A stretch of DNA of 64,000 nt from Octopus vulgaris (lineage: Eukaryota): the NCBI GenBank assembly GCA_951406725.2, contig OX597827.1, positions 49,786,001-49,850,000 of the forward strand, read 5' to 3'. This document shows, one piece after another, positions 52,400-64,000 of the stretch. Positions within the stretch are counted from its first letter, which is position 1. Each line of letters starts with the position of its first letter. The notes under the pieces were generated by a model. The model was given only the letters and a program-made list of their open reading frames with translations. It was not told the origin of the DNA and made no database searches. Made by a program: the position numbers and the translations under genes.

Positions 52400-52799
52400 T
52401 CTTTATATATAAAAGTAAGGTTGTGTGTCTGTCTCCTACGATTTAGATTTCTAACTACTGCCACATTTTGCGGTGCAGTTTAACCAAAACCGGGTATCTT
52501 ATAGTCGTGATTCATATCGAGCCCTTCTGGGTATTAGCGCGCGTCTACGATGAGTCTACGATTTAAAAAAAGAATTTACCATCATTTTTTTCCATTTTAA
52601 TGCATTTTTTCCGCTATTATATAAGGAAGTAACTCTCTAAAAATGTCTACGATGAGTCAACGATTTAAAAAAAAATTTACCAAAAAATTTTATTTCCATT
52701 TTTAATGCATTTTTTGCTATTTTTTGGCTATAACTCTCTAAAAATGCTTATATAGTTACTTCCCTTACAAACCCGAGCAACGCCGGGCGATACTGCTAG
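52400..52799 (+). mobile_element. Second non-autonomous Helitron of the same family
   Basis: TC start, identical hairpin and CTAG end; internal tandem duplication. Confidence 0.88.
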
Positions 52800-52810
52800 T
52801 ATATATATAA

Positions 52811-53020
52811 ATATAAAATGGGACAAGAACGCAAAACATTCAAATAGACGATACAAAAAAACACGGACGGGTCATTCGAAGCCTCTAATCTTCAGTCAAG
52901 AACCAGATCATCAGCCGAAATTTCGGCTGATGATCTGGTTCTTGACTGAAGATTAGAGGCTTCGAATGACCCGTCCGTGTTTTTTTGTATCGTCTATTTG
53001 AATGTTTTGCGTTCTTGTCC

Positions 53021-53030
<10 letters not shown>
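52811..53030. repeat. Perfect, spacerless 220-bp palindrome
   Basis: All eleven 10-mer blocks of each arm checked; centre CCGAAA|TTTCGG. Confidence 0.97.
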
Positions 53031-53094
<64 letters not shown>

Positions 53095-53140
53095 CATTTA
53101 CAACCCCTATCTCAATTTGTATATATATATATATATATAT

Positions 53141-53294
53141 AACAAAAACTGTCTGATGAACGGCAACGAGAAACTCAGAGTAACAGATTTTGTTGAATTT
53201 TCTGCTGCTTTAAATAAAGTATATATATATATATATATATAACAAAAACTGTCTGATGAACGGCAACGAGAAACTCAGAGTAACAGATTTTGTT
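53141..53294 (+). ncRNA. Two identical hammerhead motifs in a 100-bp tandem repeat (53141-53194 and 53241-53294)
   Basis: AACAAAAACTGT-CTGATGA-ACG/GCAA/CGA-GAAAC-TCAGA-GTA-ACAGATTTTGTT; units separated by (TA)n. Confidence 0.7.
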
Positions 53295-53319
53295 GAATTT
53301 TCTGCTGCTTTAAATAAAG

Positions 53320-56910
<3,591 letters not shown>

Positions 56911-57889
56911 GCCCAAAGAGGCACAACCACTGCCTTCATAGTTGCCGAAATGAGAGGGTCAATCTACATTCCAAATCTTGGAATTTTTTTCTATGAACAA
57001 AATTTTATATTTTTGATTCACCCGAATTATACATCAACAAAACGCGTCTGAAACAGCTGTAGCGAACCTTTGACCCATTCGTGCTCTTGTTTTACATAAA
57101 CATCATTCCTGGAACCTTCCCTATGTTGCATCTGGAATTTACATTGGCTCGTGAAACTGCATGCCGGTGTGCATGGGTATATAATTTCATGTGCATGTAT
57201 ATTTATATCTATGTGTATAATTGTGTGTGCATGTACATGTATATGTATGTGTAAGTGTGGGAGTATGTCTGTAGATGCATGGACATGTACGGGTATATTT
57301 GTATGTGGTATGTACACGGATGTGCGGAATCAGCTCATGCACGATGTCCTTGAAATTCAAATATCTTGATTCAAATGAATCCTACAAATAGTTAATAATT
57401 AATAATAATGATAGTCCTTTCTGCTATAGTAACAAAGCAAGAAATTTTGGGAGAGTGAACTAGTCGCAGAGTGAATAGGCGCAGGAGTGGCTGTGTGGTA
57501 AGTAGCTTGCTTACCAGCCACATGGTTCCGGGTTCAGCCCCACTGCGTAACACCTTGGGCAAGTGTCTTCTACTATAGCCTCGGGCTGACCAAAGTCTTG
57601 TGAGTGGATTTGGTAGACGGAAACTGAAAGAAGCCCGACGTATATATATATATATGTATGTATGTGTGTGTATATGTTTGTGTGTCTGTGTTTGTCCCCC
57701 TAGTATTGCTTGACAACCGATGCTGGTGTGTTTATGTCCCCGTCACTTAGCGGTTCGGCAAAAGAGACCGATAGAATAAGTACTGGGCTTACAAAGAATA
57801 AGTCCCGGGGTCGAGTTGCTCGATTAAAGGTGGTGCTCCAGCATGGCCGCAGTCAAATGACTGAAACAGGTAAAAGAGTAAAAGAGTAG

Positions 57890-58257
57890 TCCATCATATC
57901 GTCCCAGTGTTTCACTGGTACTTAATTTATTGACAACTCGGCAGAATTGAACTCAGAATGTAAGGTTGGGCGAATTGCCGCTGTCCATTGTGCCTGGCGT
58001 GCTAACGATTCTGCCAGCTCACCGCCTTATTAATAATAATAATAATGATTTCAAATTTTGCCACAAGAGCAGAAGTTTTGGGGAGGGGATGAGTCGATTA
58101 TATCGACCCCAGTTTTGAACTGGAACTTATTTTATCAACCCCGAAAGGATGAAAGGCAAAGTCAATCACGGCGAAACTTGAACTCAGAACGGAGCGACGG
58201 GCGAAATACCGCTAAGCATTTCGTCCAGCGCGCTAACGGTTCTGCCAGCTCGTCGCC

Positions 58258-58260
<3 letters not shown>
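57890..58260 (-). mobile_element. Two diverged Nin/Deu-type SINEs; related copies at 54545-54750(-), 60150-60315(+) and 60960-61130(-)
   Basis: ccccgaaaggatgaaaggcaaagtc and ctgccagctc heads. Confidence 0.8.
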
Positions 58261-58308
<48 letters not shown>

Positions 58309-58309
58309 T

Positions 58310-58346
<37 letters not shown>

Positions 58347-58359
58347 AATAATAACAATC

Positions 58360-60150
58360 CTTTCTTTATTGACCAGAAGGTTCGAACACAAAGACAATTA
58401 AGGACAATACAAAACAAGGGATAAGTGGGGTTTAAGATAGAAAACTTGTAAACAATAAAAAAAGCTAAAAAGTTAACAAAAGATTAAACAACAAAATTCC
58501 CCAATGGGGGTTCCACCCCGGGCCCACCAGGGTACCCCACACATCCTGGTCACGCCGAATGCCAATGGCACACCAGGGAGGTACGCCTCCTCCGCTCAAC
58601 TGCTCTGGCTTACAGACGAATATTCAAAGTAGGCTCATTCACACGATTCATTTTCGCAACATTCACCCACCTTTCAACAAACTTACTGGTGGGGGAGGGG
58701 GCAATTCTTCCCTCTCTACTTTCCTATTAAAGCGGAACTTGAAAAGGTTGATGAGGGGCTCGGCCGAAGATGAAAATGTCTGTCTTCTATCCTTTCAACC
58801 TCGTCCACCACACTACCTCTTTCGCGGTAGCCACCAGGCAGAGGAAAACTGCCTTTCCCTCCCGGCCAAAAGAAAGCAGCGGGGAGATCTTCACAATGGA
58901 CTCGGCTGAAAACCGGATCCGTCCTGCACGTGACAACAGCTGTTCGACAAAGCTCCACATGTCAGTATTGCGTGGACACTGGACGAGTGCATGCAGGACA
59001 GTTTCATCGCCCTGTGCACACCTCGGACTGGTCCGTCTGACAGCATTCTCATGCCTGTAGAGCTTGCCTTGAACCGGCAGAGCTTCCCGGTAGTACTACC
59101 AGGCCAGGGATTTCTGGAAGTTATCTATAGGCCCTGGCCCGAAAGTCCTCCGGTAAAGACCAGTTAGTTGATACCTCTCGATGCCCAGAGTTTCCTCGAG
59201 TACGTCGTCGCTCTTTCTCTACATTAATCCTCTATAGAACTCCACTGACCGCGTTGCCCGACTGGCAGAAGGCCTTGAGCGCTTGCCACCACTCCAGGTG
59301 CTAAGCGTTCTTTCTTGATCTGCGCTTGACCAAGGACTGTAGGTAGCTCCATCAATGAGCCAAGCTGCAGATGGTCCCTTTTGACGAACGGTGACCACAC
59401 CTGCTCATAGCTTTCTGTGAACGAGTAACGTTCTGCTTGTAAGGCGCTCCATCTGTTGTCAACAGTCACTGAATGGAGGTCTGGGCAATATATATGGTTG
59501 CTGATGCGCAGACATGCCCTTACGTTGCGGCATCTCCAGTGTTTCCTGGACGGTGAGCAGGTGTTGTGGTCGTTTGTCAGACTCGCTCTTCTACAACTCG
59601 TCTCTGTGACTGAGCTGCGATTCTGAATTAGGCGTAGACCGAGGAAGGGCGCTTGGCACCTCGAGTGTCGTCAAGTGCTCACAGCTCTCTGCTAGGCGGG
59701 CAATGCGATCGGTAGTAGTTCCACTCTAGCGTTCTATAGAGGGTTAGTGGGAGAAAAGTGCGACGACGTTCCCGGGAAACTTTAGGCGTCGACGAGGTTC
59801 AACTTCCAAAAATCCCTTGGCTGGTTGTGCTACCGAGGGGCGTTGCCTGTTCGGGATTAACTTTACAGGCACCGAGGCGCACTTAGAGCGACGAAACCGT
59901 TCTGCACGCCTTCGTTCAGTGGCCGAGCATTTCTGACCTGTGGGTTTATGTCGAACACCTGCTGTTGCATGTAAGACGGATCCGGCTATCAGCTGATTTC
60001 ATTGTGAAGATTGCCCCGCCGGCCTCCTTTAACCAGGAGGGGCAGGTAATTGTTATTTGTCTAATGGCTGTAGCAAAAGAGGTAGTATGGTGGACGCGTT
60101 TGAAAGGGCTAAAGACAGACACTTTCCTCTTTGGCCAATACCTCATCAAG
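58360..60150. mobile_element. Two L1/Tx1 ORF2 3' remnants in opposite orientation (about 58360-59400 minus; 59500-60150 plus)
   Basis: Homologous to 38520-39240: DETVLHA, LWVYVEHLL, CLMAVAKEVVWWTRLKG. Confidence 0.75.
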
Positions 60151-60336
60151 TTTTTTTGGTTAGCAGCATTTCACCAGTCGCTACGTTCTGAGTTCAAATT
60201 TCGCCGAGGTCAACTTTCAGAGTCAATAAATTAAGTACGAGTGAAAAATGGGGTCGATGTAATTGATTTACCCCCTCACCCAAAATGGCTACCCTTGTGG
60301 CAAAATTTGAAACCATTATTATTGTTGTTGTTGTGT

Positions 60337-60469
<133 letters not shown>

Positions 60470-60479
60470 TATTATTATA

Positions 60480-60517
<38 letters not shown>

Positions 60518-61139
60518 CAATAATAATATGACCGTCATACTGTGAAGTCACGGAAATTTGGTGCCCGTAAGTTAAAAAAGGGTTTGTAATCTTTTCGGCC
60601 TCCTAAGGCCCCGTGTTTTCATTGTTATTGTTACCATTACATTTCTGATGTAATGCATTTTTATGTAGAAAAACCCCCTGTTTTGCAGGGAGTGCGCGTC
60701 AATAATTTTTTAAATTTTACATTCGGTTAAAGCAAATACTTTGCAATTTTCTGTAATTATTTAAAGATGGCTAATAAGGAAGCGCGCTCGTTGTCGGTAA
60801 AATTGAGAACTAGGAAAGAATTGAGAATATGAATATCGAATGGCTAAACTTAATGACGTCTCTAAGCAACGTTAAAACTTTCGATGCCGACAACGAGAAC
60901 AACAACAACAACAGCAGCAGTGACAGCAGCAACAACAACAGCAACAACAATAATAATAATATTTCTTTACTGCCCACAAAGGGCTAAACATAGAGGGGAC
61001 AAACAAGGACAGACACAGGGACCAAGTCGATTTCATCGACCTCAGTCCGAAACTGGTACTTTATTTATCGACCCCGAAAGGATGAAAGGCAAAGTCAACC
61101 TCGGCGGAATTTGAACTCAGAACGTAACGGGTAAAAATC

Positions 61140-61810
61140 GACAATATCCAACTGCGTAAATTTGCAGTTATTCTTATGGCTAATGCCTTTGAACCAGTCT
61201 ATCACTGACTTGCAATTTTTCCAAATCCGTAAATTTAATTTCAGTTTTAGCGGGATTAATTAGTCTACATTTAGGATTTCTATCGAAATTAGCTTTGTGG
61301 TCTTTTAGGGTAATAAAGAATTGGCGTGGGGAAAGTATTGTATCCTATCACTAACTTTAAAGTTGTTAGCCATTCTTCTTGCCTCCAAATTCACCTCTTT
61401 ATATAAATTTGCGTTATCTTTTTTGTAGGTGTCTGTAATGCTGTTCGAAAGTAGACGTTTATAAACATCTTTGTCATCCGAGTATAAAATTTTTGTCTTT
61501 TACGAAAATCTTATCGAAATTCTTTGTCTCTAAGTTTTTCCTTCATATCTCTCTGGAGTTGGTCGTTGAATTTGCGGAATTGAATTTTTCTAATAAGCCC
61601 GTAAAGGTCTTTTTTCAAAGGCTTCCAATTCCGAAATAGGTGGTGGATTTTTGAAAGATTTAAGTCCGTAGTTGTTTCCGTTAGATTTCTGCTTTCTATC
61701 AAAGAAGAAAGCTTTCCATCTCATTCTTCGAATAAACTCCTCTGTTTTTTCTATAAGACTCTTGATGTATTGCTTCAGTGCCGGGAAGGGATATTTTTTA
61801 GAGAAAAATC
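61140..61810 (-). mobile_element. Penelope-like element N-terminal/RT-start remnant
   Basis: KNIPFP..KSLIEKTEEFIRRMRWKAF; FITLKDHKANFDRNPKCRLINPAKTE. Confidence 0.85.
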
Positions 61811-62664
61811 AAATGGATAAAGTTCTATAAATAATTGTATAAATAATTAGCTGTAAAATATTAATAAAAAAATAAATCCCAAACTCGAGTTTGGGATTAA
61901 CTAATTAATTTTTTTGTTCGTTCTAGTGTTATAACGGCGTATTTTATACACTCTTATATCGTTAAAAATATGTCTTATGACTTTTATTTATACATGTTAA
62001 CCATGGTAATAAATTATTTTAATTTATTACCCTCATATTTACGATACACACACACGCATATATATAGGCGCAGGCGTGGCTGTGTGGTAAGAAGCTTGCT
62101 TCCCAACCACATAGTGGCCCACCAAAGCCTTGTCAGTGGATTTGGAAGGCGGAAACTGAAAGAAGCCCGTCGTATATATGATTGATTGATTGATTCTAGT
62201 TTCAGCTCATGAGCTGTGGCCATGCTGGGGCACCGCCATATATATATATATATGTATATATATATATGTGGCCATGCTGGGGCACCGCCATATATATATA
62301 TGTATATATATATATACATGAGTATGTATATATGTGTGTGTCCGTGTTCCCCCGTCATCTCTTGACAACCGATGCGGTGCGTTTATGGCTCCGTAATCTT
62401 GCGGTTCAGAAAAAGAGAACGATAGAATAAGTCTAGGGGTCTCTTTTTTCGACTAAAACCCTTCAATTACTTTACGCTTGATAGCGGTTATATACTCTGC
62501 TATTGTGAGGGCCAACAAGGTCTAAGGTAGTATTTCCGGGTTTTCAGTAGCCAATAACTTGAAAATCATCAGTAGGGCTGCTGGTTTGTGTGCAGTTACC
62601 GAGTGCATATACACACCCAGGAGCACATATTCCACAAAAATATGTGTATGCATATATATATGTG

Positions 62665-62701
<37 letters not shown>

Positions 62702-63481
62702 ATATGCATACATATATTCATATATATACATACACATGCATACACACACGCACACACACACTCATATTTACATACATATACATATACATAAATTTATTCA
62801 GGAGTGGCTGTGTGGCATAGGCGTAGGAGTGGCTGTGTGGTAAGTAGCTTGTTTACCAACCACATGGTTCAGGGTTCAGTCCCACTGCGTGACACATTGG
62901 GCAAGTGTCTTCTACTATAGCCTCGGGCCGACCAAAGCCTTGTGAGTGGATTTGGTAGACGGAAACTGAAAGAAGCCCGTCGTATATATGTATATATCCA
63001 TGCTTGTGTGTGTTTGTGTGTCTGAGTTTGTCCCCCTAGCATTGCTTGACAACCGATGCTGGTGTGTTTATGTCCCCGTTACTTAGCGGTTCGGCAAAAG
63101 AGACCGATAGAATAAGTACTGGGCTTACAAAAGAATATGTCCCGGGGTCGAGTTGCTCGATTAAAGGCGGTGCTCCAGCATGGCCGCAGTCAAATGACTG
63201 AAACAAGTAAAAGAGTAAAAGAGAAAAATAATAATATATGTGTGTACTTGTATGTGTGAATGTGTGTATGCGCGTGTGTGTATGTGTGTGTATGTGTGTG
63301 TGTGTTCATATTTGAGATATTTGGTGACATTGATATTTTAAATACACCACTGTGTGTGATATTAAAGCAAGTATTCTAATAACAATAACGCAGTCTCATA
63401 CAAACATGTAAAAACAAACATAAACACACCAGCATCGGTTGTCAAGCAATGCTAGGGGGACAAACACAGACACACAAACAT

Positions 63482-63566
<85 letters not shown>

Positions 63567-64000
63567 CATACATATATACGACGGGCTTCTTTCAGTTTCC
63601 GTCTAACAAATCCACTCACAAGGCTTTGGTCGGCCCGAGGCTATAGTAGAAGACACCTGCCCAAGGTGCCACGCAGTGGGACTGAACCCGGAACCATGTG
63701 GTTGGTAAACAAGCTACTTACCACACAGCCACTCCTGCGCCTATATTTCTCTTACATGTAGCAACATTATTTATAGGACACAGACAGACGCACACTGACA
63801 TACATAGATGTATGTATAATATATGTGCTCGAATGTGAATGTATGTATAGTATATGTGCTCATGTGCATATATATATATATATATACATATCGATAGATA
63901 CTTACATACATATGTACACACAAATGCACACGCGTAGAGACACATACATGTATAAGTGTATGTATATGTATTATATGTATATGCTTGTGTGTGTGTGTGT

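Overview
This is eukaryotic, animal-type DNA that is almost entirely repeat-derived. The SINE families and the dense (TA)n/(CA)n/(TACA)n/(TAA)n microsatellites suggest a coleoid cephalopod, probably Octopus (inference). Most ORFs in the supplied track are microsatellite artefacts. The real coding remnants are decayed transposons: R4/Dong-type RLE LINEs clustered at (TAA)n, RTE, CR1 and L1/Tx1 LINEs, many Penelope-like elements (RT plus GIY-YIG), two mariners, two non-autonomous Helitrons, MITEs carrying TTAGGG, and tRNA-derived SINEs. Two candidate terminal exons of a minus-strand host gene lie at about 44.9-45.2 kb. The most interesting signals are: (i) about a dozen type I hammerhead ribozyme motifs, most ending in (TA)n, including compensated U3-A8 core variants, a tandem dimer and a tail-to-tail pair; (ii) a composite minus-strand element made of a tRNA-like Pol III head, a 5'-truncated U6 snRNA, a retroposon tail and a hammerhead-bearing Penelope-type tail; (iii) a perfect 220-bp palindrome; (iv) a 1.4-kb very AT-rich island with a roughly 360-codon frame interrupted only by TAA/TAG, a weak hint of ciliate/hexamitid-code DNA. 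All calls were made by eye without database searches, and TE boundaries are approximate unless a TIR or TSD is cited.
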